This document shows, in pieces, positions 46,684 to 55,835 of a DNA stretch of 64,000 nucleotides. Origin of the DNA: Candidatus Latescibacterota bacterium (GTDB lineage Bacteria > Latescibacterota > UBA2968 > UBA8231); contig OZ241362.1 in assembly GCA_965200315.1 (NCBI GenBank), positions 1,344,001-1,408,000 of the forward strand, given 5' to 3'. The notes below the pieces were generated by a model that was given only the letters and a program-made list of their open reading frames with translations, was not told the origin of the DNA and searched no databases. Every line of letters begins with the position of its first letter. Within the stretch, counting starts at the first letter, position 1. The position numbers and the translations under genes were made by a program.

Positions 46684-47449
46684 CTCGCTGGTCTGCGTCG
46701 GGCTAGATACCGATCCCGATCAACTACCTGCCAGCGTCCGCGCCAAATCCGATCCCGTCCTCTACTTCAACCAGCAAATCATCGACGCCACCTGCGACCT
46801 CGTCGGCTGCTACAAGCCCAACTTCGCTTTCTACAACGCTCTCGGCGCGAGCGGCTTTGCCACGCTCAAAAGCACTCTCGACCACATTCCCGCAGACATC
46901 CCGGTGATCATCGACGCCAAAGTCGGCGACATAGGCAATGTGGCCGCACAATACGCCCGCGCCTTTTACGAGGTCCTCGGCGGCGATGCGCTGACGGTGA
47001 CTCCCTATATGGGCACCGACTGCGTCGCGCCCTTCGCCGCGTACCAAGATCGCACCACCTTTATCGTCTGCTTGACGTCCAACCCCGGTGCCGATGACTT
47101 TGAAAAACAGCGCCTGGGCGACCGGCCCCTGTACGAGCGCGTCATTGCCAAGGCCCACGAGTGGAACGCGGCCAACAACATCGGCTTAGTGGCCGGTGCA
47201 ACCCAACCCGAGCACTTGGCCCGCTTCCGCTCTCTAGCGCCGGATATGCCCTTGCTGATGCCCGGAGTCGGCGCACAAGGCGGCTCGGTGGAATTAGCGG
47301 TCAAAAACGGCTGCGACGCTCGCGGCGCAGGCATCCTCATCAATTCCTCGCGCGGCATCCTCTACGCCTCCCAAGACAGCGATTTCGCGGCTGCGGCCCG
47401 GCAGGCGACCCTAACCCTGCGCGACGCCATCAACGCTCACCGCCCTTGA
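46634..47449 (+). CDS. pyrF: orotidine-5'-phosphate decarboxylase
   Basis: CVGLD, YKPNFAFY, DAKVGDIG, LTSNP, GAT, PGVGAQGG, NSSRGI. Confidence 0.96.
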   Translation: MNLSFTEKWNQAIRRNDSLVCVGLDTDPDQLPASVRAKSDPVLYFNQQIIDATCDLVGCYKPNFAFYNALGASGFATLKSTLDHIPADIPVIIDAKVGDIGNVAAQYARAFYEVLGGDALTVTPYMGTDCVAPFAAYQDRTTFIVCLTSNPGADDFEKQRLGDRPLYERVIAKAHEWNAANNIGLVAGATQPEHLARFRSLAPDMPLLMPGVGAQGGSVELAVKNGCDARGAGILINSSRGILYASQDSDFAAAARQATLTLRDAINAHRP

Positions 47450-47497
47450 GCCGGTTATTGCCATCGCGCATAGCTATCTCTATTTTTTGCAGTGAGT

Positions 47498-47575
47498 CGG
47501 GGTGTGGCGCAGTCCGGTCAGCGCACCTGCTTTGGGAGCAGGATGTCGTCGGTTCAAATCCGACCACCCCGACCA
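47498..47575 (+). tRNA. tRNA-Pro (TGG)
   Basis: Cloverleaf: CGGGGTG/CACCCCG acceptor stem, CCTGC-TTTGGGA-GCAGG anticodon arm, GGTTCAAATCC, 3' CCA. Confidence 0.97.
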
Positions 47576-47644
47576 CCACTTTCCCTCCAGCACCTTTCTC
47601 TTCGCACAGTGAAATTCGCACTTCCTTCACGGCAAGGATGAACA

Positions 47645-48982
47645 ATGGCACGAGAAATCAAGGCTTTGCTTGACGAGGAAATCGCCGCGTACGCAGCGCA
47701 CAATCCCCGCTCCCAAGCGCTGTTTGCGCGGGCTAAGCAATCGCTGCCGGGCGGCAACACACGCACTGGCGTCCACATTGACCCTTTTCCCCTATACGCC
47801 GACCGCGGCGAGGGCGCCTATCTCTACGACATCGACGGCCACCGCCGGATCGACTTCGTCAACAACAACACGGCCCTGCCCTTGGGCCACGCCCATCCCG
47901 CCATCGTCACTGCCTTACAGGAACAAATCGCCCGCGGCACGGGTTTTTCCCGGCCCCTCGCCCTCGAAGTAGAAATGGCCGAGGTGCTCCGCGCGCGCAT
48001 GCCCGCGCTGGAGAAAGTGCGCTTTTGCTCCTCGGGCACCGAGGCCGTACTCAACGCCCTGCGCGTGGCGCGGGCGCATACCGGGCGCACCAAGGTCGCC
48101 AAGTTTGAAGGAGCCTATCACGGTATCGACGACAGCGCGCTAGTGAGCTACTTACCGCCACTGGGACCGGAACTGGGGCCAGCTAGTAAGCCGCAGGGGG
48201 TGGCTTCTTCGGCCGGGCTGATGGCCCACACCCTCGACGAGGTGGTAGTGCTGCCGTTCAACGACGCGGCGGCCTGCGCCGAGATTATCGGCGACAACGC
48301 CCAAGACCTAGCCGCCGTGATCGTGGATCCGCTCTCCACGGCCGCCGGGCTGGCGCTGCCAGAGGCCGGTTTTTTGTCGAGCCTGCGCGAGGCGACCACC
48401 CGCGCTGATGCCCTGCTGATCTTCGACGAAATCGTCAGCTTCCGCTTCGGCCCGGGCGGGACGCATACGGCCTATCAAGTGCGGCCCGATCTGGTCTGTT
48501 TGGGCAAGGTGATCGCCGGTGGAACGCCCGGCGCAGCTTTCGGCGGCCGCGCCGACGCCATGGACCTATACGATCCAGCCGACGGGCCGCAGATCCAACA
48601 GTCCGGGACCTTCAACGCCAATCCCTTCGCCCTAGCCGCTGGCTTGCAGACCCTCCAAGCGCTGACCCCGGAGGCCTACGAGCAGATGGAAGGGCTGGCG
48701 CGTCGAGCGGCTGCGGGGTTACAGGCCGCGTTTGGCGAGGTTGGGGTCGCCGTGCAGGTGGTCGTGGCCGGGTCCATATTCCGGCTGTACTTCCTCGAAC
48801 AGCCGCCGCGCAACTTCCGCGCAGCAGCGCAGGACGACGTGCAGATGCACCGCTGGTTATTCTTCGCGCTGCTCAACAAGGGGCTGTACACGCGGACGGG
48901 CGGCAACGCATCGCTGGCGACCGAGACTCACCACATCGACGCGCTGGTGCAGGGAGTGCGCGAGGTAGTGCAAGTGCTGTAA
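47645..48982 (+). CDS. class III aminotransferase, glutamate-1-semialdehyde aminomutase-like
   Basis: SGTEA, KFEGAYHG, LIFDEI, LGKVIAGG, SGTFNANP. Confidence 0.9.
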   Translation: MAREIKALLDEEIAAYAAHNPRSQALFARAKQSLPGGNTRTGVHIDPFPLYADRGEGAYLYDIDGHRRIDFVNNNTALPLGHAHPAIVTALQEQIARGTGFSRPLALEVEMAEVLRARMPALEKVRFCSSGTEAVLNALRVARAHTGRTKVAKFEGAYHGIDDSALVSYLPPLGPELGPASKPQGVASSAGLMAHTLDEVVVLPFNDAAACAEIIGDNAQDLAAVIVDPLSTAAGLALPEAGFLSSLREATTRADALLIFDEIVSFRFGPGGTHTAYQVRPDLVCLGKVIAGGTPGAAFGGRADAMDLYDPADGPQIQQSGTFNANPFALAAGLQTLQALTPEAYEQMEGLARRAAAGLQAAFGEVGVAVQVVVAGSIFRLYFLEQPPRNFRAAAQDDVQMHRWLFFALLNKGLYTRTGGNASLATETHHIDALVQGVREVVQVL

Positions 48983-48990
48983 CGTCCCGC

Positions 48991-49347
48991 ATGACCACTA
49001 GCGCATGGCGACGTACCCTCCTGTGGAGTCTGTCCCTGAGCATGATTTGCTGCGGGGGCTGGGGCCGCCAACCCCCGCCCGCAGACCCGTCGCTCACGGC
49101 CACGGCGACAGCCCCCTACGCTTACTACTGCGCCGACTGCCATGGACCCGCCATGGACGGCGGCATGGCTAGCAGCTTAATCGACGGCCGCTGGGAGTAC
49201 GGCGCAAGCGACGCGGCCATCTTCGCAAGCATTGCCGTAGGGATTCCCGAAGACGGCATGCCCGGGTTTGGCGCAGTGATGGACACAGCCCAAATCGACG
49301 CGTTGGTGCGCCTGATGCGGGAAGCCGAGCGCACGCAATCCCATTAA
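48991..49347 (+). CDS. monoheme cytochrome c
   Basis: Signal peptide; CADCHG; SLIDGRW; GMPGFG axial Met. Confidence 0.88.
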   Translation: MTTSAWRRTLLWSLSLSMICCGGWGRQPPPADPSLTATATAPYAYYCADCHGPAMDGGMASSLIDGRWEYGASDAAIFASIAVGIPEDGMPGFGAVMDTAQIDALVRLMREAERTQSH

Positions 49348-49473
49348 TCCCGACTGATTCCCCCCGGAGGAGGGTCGCGCCGCCAGCCGCTGCGGATACA
49401 GGGCGTTTTTGCGTGAATGTAGCCTACTACCTACTAGTGTTGGGATCTTTTCGGCAGTGTATTTATTTTCGTA

Positions 49474-49581
49474 TGCTACACGCCCGATACTTGACGATAT
49501 AGGATCGGGCGCTACCGAGTATTCTACACTGTGGACCGGTCCGTATTGATGGTCGAGGCGCGGAAGGACGCCTACAAGTAG
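49474..49581 (+). pseudogene. RelE/ParE-type toxin C-terminal relic
   Basis: Translates YTPDT*RYRIGRYRVFYTVDRSVLMVEARKDAYK*; TGA (49492-49494) stands where RelE-family proteins have Trp; the N-terminus is missing. Confidence 0.7.
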
Positions 49582-49620
49582 GTCAGCAGTTTCCTAACCA
49601 CTATCGTTATGAGAATAAAT

Positions 49621-50748
49621 ATGAAGTTCTGCTTCTGGTTGCTTTGTCTCCTCGCTGTTGCAGGAGACGCGGCAGCCCAACAGATCGTACAATCCGAGGA
49701 ACACACCTTTCGCGTCGAGACCTTCGCCACCGGCTTGGGCGTGCCGTGGGGCCTTGCTTTTCTGCCCGATGGACGCTTGTTGGTCACCGAGCGCGAGGGA
49801 CGGCTGCGCATTGTCGGCACCGACGGCGCGGTCTCGCCGCCCATCGACGGCGTACCCAAGGTGCTCGCCAAGGGACAGGGCGGGCTGATGGACGTGGCCT
49901 TGCACCCCCAGTACGCGGAGACCGGCTGGATTTACCTCAGTTACTCGGATCCGCTGCCCGGGCCATTGGGCGGCATGCTGAGCTACACGGCCATCAGCCG
50001 CGGACGACTGCAAGACGCGGGGTTGGTCGATGTAGAAGTAGTTCATCGCGTCCCAGATCAGTTCTACACTCGGCACTCCCACCACTACGGCTCGCGCATC
50101 GTCTTCGACCGCGAGGGCTACCTGTACTTGGCAATCGGTGACCGCGGCCAGCGGCCCCTCGCCCAGAGCGTCAAGCTGCCCAACGGCAAGATCCACCGCT
50201 TGCACGACAACGGCGGCGTTCCCTCCGACAACCCTTTTGTCGGGCGCGACGGAGCCATAGCGTCAATCTGGTCTTACGGCCATCGCAATCCCCAAGGAAT
50301 GGCCATGCACCCAGAGACCGACCAATTGTGGGCAGCCGAGCACGGCCCCAAAGGCGGCGACGAGCTCAACCTCGTGCAGCGCGGCCTAAACTACGGCTGG
50401 CCAGCCATCACCTACGGCATCAACTACGATGGCACCCCCATTACCGACCAAACTCACGCCGAGGGCATGGAGCAGCCGCAGACCTATTGGGTGCCGTCGA
50501 TAGCGGTCTGCGGCATTGACTTTTACACCGGCGAACAGTTCGGCAATTGGCAAAACGATCTACTGGTGACCTCGCTGCGCTTCAACCGCCTGCATCGTCT
50601 GCGCTTGTCGGACTCAGAAGTGATACACGAGGAGGTCGTTTACCAAGGCGAATCGCGGATGCGCGACGTACAGACCGGACCGGATGGGGCAGTCTATCTC
50701 GCGGTAGAAGACCAAGGGCGGATTTTGCGGCTGGTGCCGATGGAGTAA
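49621..50748 (+). CDS. PQQ-dependent glucose/sorbosone dehydrogenase
   Basis: PWGLAFLPDG, GQGGL.DV, HYGSR, YGHRNPQG, EHGPKGGDELN, NYGWP. Confidence 0.93.
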   Translation: MKFCFWLLCLLAVAGDAAAQQIVQSEEHTFRVETFATGLGVPWGLAFLPDGRLLVTEREGRLRIVGTDGAVSPPIDGVPKVLAKGQGGLMDVALHPQYAETGWIYLSYSDPLPGPLGGMLSYTAISRGRLQDAGLVDVEVVHRVPDQFYTRHSHHYGSRIVFDREGYLYLAIGDRGQRPLAQSVKLPNGKIHRLHDNGGVPSDNPFVGRDGAIASIWSYGHRNPQGMAMHPETDQLWAAEHGPKGGDELNLVQRGLNYGWPAITYGINYDGTPITDQTHAEGMEQPQTYWVPSIAVCGIDFYTGEQFGNWQNDLLVTSLRFNRLHRLRLSDSEVIHEEVVYQGESRMRDVQTGPDGAVYLAVEDQGRILRLVPME

Positions 50749-50819
50749 GGACGGTGAGACGGAGATAGTCCACTCACGGCGTATTATGTTCCTTATTATA
50801 TGGACAAGGACCGAGATAG

Positions 50820-51665
50820 ATGGACCACATCCAAATTATCGAGCAAGTTTACAACGCACTCTCAGGGAAGATTATCCAAGGCAGGATCCCAATTTCTCTT
50901 CGAGCACCTGCCTTAGTCGGCACAGTCCAAGACGACCCATTCGACTGCTGGATTGCGGCTACGATCAGAGACGCGCTTCCAGATATCGAAGTATTCCACT
51001 CAGGAAAACTGACTACCCCAGATCTCGTGTTGAGATACAAGACTGCCAACTCACTGCTCGGTATCGAGGTCAAAAAGCTCATCCAAAAGAAGGACGGCAA
51101 AGACCCACGAGGTCTTACCATCGACTACAATAGCTGTCTTCCCTGTGGGAAAGCCCTTGTGAAGATCGGCGAGAACACTGTCGAGGTGCCTTGCTTTTAT
51201 TTTTTTGCACTTCTCAGTCCCAATAGTTCTTCAATGGTCACAACAATCCTAATGGACGGAGACTTCCTCAACTACGATTTTGATCTTCACAAGGACGCAA
51301 AGTATGCAAACCAAGGCGAGTATAACCATGGTCCATACGGAGAAGGCTCCGTCCGCCACCGCAAGATGTACACTTACCCAAATCCACTCAACTACAAGCT
51401 GAGCTTTTTTTATTTGCGCCACCTTCTAATCTTGAAACAACACGACCTTCCATCTATTGCGACGCGAAGAGTCTCCTGCACGGACTTGATTATCCGCGAT
51501 GACAAGTATGAGAATTCTTTTCGCTACATCGTGATCGATGCTACAAAGAACAGAGCGAAGCCGTTGTCGCTCGATGAGCTACCTGTGCAGCGAGACGTTT
51601 TTAAGATGTGCAAAGCACGGAGGCCGAAGGAGCGAATCGCCTCCATGCCGCAGCTCCCGGAGTAA
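50820..51665 (+). CDS. putative PD-(D/E)xK restriction endonuclease
   Basis: TPDLV...GIEVKK motif; AT-richer codon usage; 3 bp upstream of a methyltransferase. Confidence 0.65.
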   Translation: MDHIQIIEQVYNALSGKIIQGRIPISLRAPALVGTVQDDPFDCWIAATIRDALPDIEVFHSGKLTTPDLVLRYKTANSLLGIEVKKLIQKKDGKDPRGLTIDYNSCLPCGKALVKIGENTVEVPCFYFFALLSPNSSSMVTTILMDGDFLNYDFDLHKDAKYANQGEYNHGPYGEGSVRHRKMYTYPNPLNYKLSFFYLRHLLILKQHDLPSIATRRVSCTDLIIRDDKYENSFRYIVIDATKNRAKPLSLDELPVQRDVFKMCKARRPKERIASMPQLPE

Positions 51666-51668
51666 AGG

Positions 51669-53849
51669 ATGTCCCGACTCATAGAGAACGATTTTCCGTA
51701 TGCTCGCCTTTCCGTGATTGCAGAGGCTGAATCGTGGAGAAAAGAGGTACATCGTCCAGTCTATTACATCCACAAGTGGTGGGCGCGTAGATTGGGATCT
51801 GTTTTTCGGGGTATTTTGCTGGGCGCATGTCTCGACGAAGGCGAGGACTTCTGGAAGTGCTTTTATGGGAAGAACGATTTTGCTAAAACTGTAATTTTTG
51901 ACCCTTTCATGGGGAGCGGAGTTACCATAGGAGAAGCGATTAAGCTTGGTTGTACCACTTTAGGCCAAGATATCAATCCAGTCGCGTATCTCACATGTCG
52001 CGCTGCCTTCACTAAGTACGATCCGTCCGAAGTCGTCGCAACATATCAACTCCTTGAGCACACGGTCGCCGCCAAACTACTGAACTACTTCGAGACACGC
52101 ACAGAAGAAGGTAGTAGGGCAACCGTACTGTACTACTTTCTCGTCAAGGTTGTGTCATGTCCACAATGCGATGAGCAGATCGACCTCTTTAAGTCTCGCA
52201 TTTTCTCAAAGAATGCCGTCCCGCGCAAAGACCCCAGTGCCAGTGCATTCTGCCCTAGTTGCGGTGCCGTTAATGCGACGCTCTACGATGCTGATTACGT
52301 GAAGTGCTCGGATTGTGGCACGACGTACAACCCACAACAAGGCAATATCAAAGGAGCGAAAGTCGAATGCGATAAATGTGGCCATACATTCCGCCTTGTT
52401 GAGCGGATGAAATCAATGCGTAGGCCTCTTGGTTATCGCCGGTACGCCAAGATGATCCTCACCACGGATGGACAAAAACGATACGCCTCTATGAATGCTT
52501 TCGATGACGCCCTTTTAGAAGACATCGCACAAGAGTTTACTTCCATCAGGGCTTCCTTTCCTCAGATTGCAATCACACCGGGTTACAATACAAACCAGAT
52601 TTTGAAGCACAACTACCGCTTCTGGCACGAGCTATTTTCCGACAGACAACTCCTTTGCATACACCACCTGCGGGAAGCGATTCGTCAGATTGATCACGCC
52701 GATCATAGACTCCTCTTTGCCTGCCTGTTCTCTGGCGTACTTGAGTTCAACAACCTATTTGCATCTTTCAAGGGGGAGGGAACAGGGGCCGTGCGGCACA
52801 TGTTTTCGCACCATGTCCTCAAGCCCGAAGTGATGCCAATTGAAGCAAATATCTGGGGTACGAGTAAATCGTCTGGATCGTTTTCCACCTTGTTTCGTTC
52901 TCGTATCCTAAACGCGCTTGCCTACAAGGCTGATCCAACGGAGCTCTACGTGACACCGGGAAAGAGCAATAAAGTTGGTGGGATTAACCAGCCTCTCGCC
53001 GTTTCGGTATCCAACGAGTTTGCCTTGTCCAAGAATGGGAACGACGCAGTTTACCTCGCTCAAGGCAATTCTAGTCGTACCAGTATTCCAGACCGCAGTG
53101 TAGACATCGTTGTAACTGATCCCCCATTCTTCGACAATGTTCACTACTCCCAGCTCGCCGATTTTTTCTTTTACTGGCTGAACCAGCTTTTGGATTATTC
53201 CAAAGCCGAAACGACGAGACGGAAAGACGAAGTCCAAGATACGAGTTCTGTTCTCTTCGCTAACAAACTGACATCCGTGTTCGCCGAATGCCACCGCGTT
53301 CTCAAGCATACTGGGCTTCTCGTGTTCTCCTATCATCATGCTCGGCACGAAGGATGGACATGTGTCCATAGAGCTATCCGACATGCCGGATTCGTATGTA
53401 AGCAGGCTTATCCAATTAAGGCTGAGATGTCCGTTTCCACGCCTCTGAAACAGGCAAAGACGCCGATACATTTGGACCTAATACTCGTCTGTGGCAAGGA
53501 AGAGAACGGCACGACCCCTCACGCCGCCAACGTCGACATTACTCATGTTCTCCGTAGTGCAGAGGATCAAATTCGCGCCCTCAAATCGGCTAATATATCC
53601 GTCTCACTCGGAGATGCGAAGGTGATTCTCATGGGGCACTTCCTATGCGAAGCCCACCGCCTGTGGAACTTAGATAAGGAAGAGACATTCCTTGCCGATA
53701 TTGAAAGACATATTGACGACTACGTATCCGACGTGATCAAAGTCCAAGGCGAGGTTCTATATACACAAGACCCCTCTGAACAATTGGTCCTTTTTGAAGA
53801 GATGGCCAACTATTTGACCCAGAGGGAAGAGTTCGGAACAAGGCAGTAA
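51669..53849 (+). CDS. amino-DNA methyltransferase (DUF1156-like, with Zn-ribbon insert)
   Basis: IHKWWARR, FDPFMGSG.T (motif I), TDPPFFDNVHYS (motif IV); CxxC pairs CPQC, CPSC, CSDC, CDKC. Confidence 0.88.
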   Translation: MSRLIENDFPYARLSVIAEAESWRKEVHRPVYYIHKWWARRLGSVFRGILLGACLDEGEDFWKCFYGKNDFAKTVIFDPFMGSGVTIGEAIKLGCTTLGQDINPVAYLTCRAAFTKYDPSEVVATYQLLEHTVAAKLLNYFETRTEEGSRATVLYYFLVKVVSCPQCDEQIDLFKSRIFSKNAVPRKDPSASAFCPSCGAVNATLYDADYVKCSDCGTTYNPQQGNIKGAKVECDKCGHTFRLVERMKSMRRPLGYRRYAKMILTTDGQKRYASMNAFDDALLEDIAQEFTSIRASFPQIAITPGYNTNQILKHNYRFWHELFSDRQLLCIHHLREAIRQIDHADHRLLFACLFSGVLEFNNLFASFKGEGTGAVRHMFSHHVLKPEVMPIEANIWGTSKSSGSFSTLFRSRILNALAYKADPTELYVTPGKSNKVGGINQPLAVSVSNEFALSKNGNDAVYLAQGNSSRTSIPDRSVDIVVTDPPFFDNVHYSQLADFFFYWLNQLLDYSKAETTRRKDEVQDTSSVLFANKLTSVFAECHRVLKHTGLLVFSYHHARHEGWTCVHRAIRHAGFVCKQAYPIKAEMSVSTPLKQAKTPIHLDLILVCGKEENGTTPHAANVDITHVLRSAEDQIRALKSANISVSLGDAKVILMGHFLCEAHRLWNLDKEETFLADIERHIDDYVSDVIKVQGEVLYTQDPSEQLVLFEEMANYLTQREEFGTRQ

Positions 53850-53939
53850 ATCGCGGTTCCGATTTCGGCACCGTTTAATTCGCCTATTCACGGTAGTATG
53901 TTGTCGAGCAATGTGCAACCAACAGAAGGAGATCGCCGC

Positions 53940-55826
53940 ATGGCCAATAATTTTTACGACTTGGTAGTAGAAAAGGACTTAATGGTGCCCATGCGCGACG
54001 GCGTCTGCTTGGCGACCGACCTGTACTTTCCCGCCCGCGATGGCCAACCCCTACCCGGCAAGTTCCCCACCGTCTTTCACCGCACGCCCTACGACAAAAG
54101 CGACGTCGAGCGCAACGGCAACTACGGCCGATTTTTCGCCCAGCGGGGGTACGTGGCCGTGTATCAGGACTGCCGGGGGACATTCCAGTCCGAAGGAGAT
54201 GTAAACTTTCTCGTGCCCGAGGCCGAGGATGGGTACGACGCCTTGCAGTGGATCAACCAGCAGCCGTGGAGCAACGGCAAGGTGGGGTCGTGGGGGACTT
54301 CGTGGTCGGGCTGGACGCAAACGGCCATGGCGGCGTTGGGGCCGACCAATCTCAAGGCCATGGTGGTCAATATGAGCGGGGCCGACGCGCACGAGTCTTC
54401 CGTGCGGCACGGCGGCGCATTGGAGTTGCGGTTTTTGGCGTGGGCGTTTTGGCATTCCGCGGCCAACACCCAGCGCACACTAAAAGCCGACCCAGCGGTT
54501 GACGCAGCTCTAAACTTGGGCGCGCCAACCTTTGCCGACTGGCTCGCGCGGATGCCGCTCCGCAAGGGACAGACCCAGCTCAAATTGGTGCCGCCCTACC
54601 AGCAGTGGGCGTTGGACTTGCTAACCAAGGCCGACTACGACGAATACTGGCAGCACCCGAGCTACTCACCAGCGCTCTTTTGGGACGCCTTCCCGGATGT
54701 GCCGATTCTGCTCATCGGGGGCTGGTACGATTCGTACACGCGCTCGACGTGCAAAAACTACATGGGGCTGACAGCGCGCAAGCAAGGACCGGTGCGGATG
54801 CTCATGGGGCCGTGGACGCACGGAACGCAAACTCTGGAGCAGAGCTTTGCCGGCGATGTGGAATTCGGCGAGGACTCGGCGCTAGACGACTTCCGCGACC
54901 TGCATCTGCGCTACTTCGACTGGGCGCTCAAGGGGGTTGATAATGGCGAGGCGAATGCACCACCCGTGCGGATCTTCGCCATGGGCGGAGGGGGCGGCTA
55001 TCGCAGCAGCAGCGGTCGGCTTTTCCACGGCGGGCATTGGCGCGACGAGGCCGAATGGCCGCTAGCGCGGACGCACTACACCAAGTACTATCTGCACGGC
55101 GACGGCACCTTGTCGCCGCAAGAGCCAACCACAGACGGCGATACAGTTTATCGCTTCGATCCAGCCAATCCGGTGCCCTCAATTGGCGGCAATGTCTCCT
55201 CGCTTTCCGAAATCGGCCCGCTGCCGCCGGGCGTGAGTACTTCCGCCAATGCGCCGTGGCGGGCGCGAGTGGAGCAATTGATGGAGCCGGGCGGGTTCGA
55301 TCAGGTGGAAGGACCGGAGTTTTACGGCTGTGCGCCGCCCTATCTACCGCTGGGCTCGCGGCCGGATGTATTGGTTTTTGCCACCGAGCCGCTGGTCGAG
55401 GATGTGGAGGTGACCGGGCCTATTGAGGTGGAGTTGTGGGTTTCGTCGTCAGCGCCGGATACGGACTTTACCGCCAAGCTGATCGACTGGTATCCACCGA
55501 GTCGTTGGTATCCGCATGGCTACGCCCTCAACCTGACCGACAGCATCGCACGCCTGCGCTATCGCAACGGGCGCGAAAAAGGCGAGCGGCTAACGCCGGG
55601 CGAGGTCGCCGAGCTGACGATCACCCTTTATCCAACGAGCAATGTGTTCGCCGCCGGACATCAGATCCGCCTCGACATTTCCAGCTCAAACTTTCCCCGC
55701 TTTGACGTCAATCCCAACACCGGTGACCCCATCGGCCAAGAGCGACGACGCCAAGGAGCGGACAACAGAATTCACCACAATGCGGCGCAGGCTTCGCACG
55801 TGGTGTTGCCGATTATTCCAACTTAG
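53940..55826 (+). CDS. CocE/NonD family hydrolase
   Basis: PMRDGV.LATD, RTPY, QDCRG, GTSWSG nucleophile, GGWYD, GPWTH, SSNFPRFDVNPNTG; AAGGAG RBS. Confidence 0.93.
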   Translation: MANNFYDLVVEKDLMVPMRDGVCLATDLYFPARDGQPLPGKFPTVFHRTPYDKSDVERNGNYGRFFAQRGYVAVYQDCRGTFQSEGDVNFLVPEAEDGYDALQWINQQPWSNGKVGSWGTSWSGWTQTAMAALGPTNLKAMVVNMSGADAHESSVRHGGALELRFLAWAFWHSAANTQRTLKADPAVDAALNLGAPTFADWLARMPLRKGQTQLKLVPPYQQWALDLLTKADYDEYWQHPSYSPALFWDAFPDVPILLIGGWYDSYTRSTCKNYMGLTARKQGPVRMLMGPWTHGTQTLEQSFAGDVEFGEDSALDDFRDLHLRYFDWALKGVDNGEANAPPVRIFAMGGGGGYRSSSGRLFHGGHWRDEAEWPLARTHYTKYYLHGDGTLSPQEPTTDGDTVYRFDPANPVPSIGGNVSSLSEIGPLPPGVSTSANAPWRARVEQLMEPGGFDQVEGPEFYGCAPPYLPLGSRPDVLVFATEPLVEDVEVTGPIEVELWVSSSAPDTDFTAKLIDWYPPSRWYPHGYALNLTDSIARLRYRNGREKGERLTPGEVAELTITLYPTSNVFAAGHQIRLDISSSNFPRFDVNPNTGDPIGQERRRQGADNRIHHNAAQASHVVLPIIPT

Positions 55827-55835
55827 GAGAAACGC

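Noticed and set aside
47498-47575. tRNA-Pro as integration site of a downstream island
   Set aside because: I saw no repeat of the tRNA 3' end and no integrase in the window; the next genes have host-like composition.
47430-47651. Short ORFs over the tRNA (and 45265-45516 over rnpB)
   Set aside because: Shadow ORFs of structural RNA genes.
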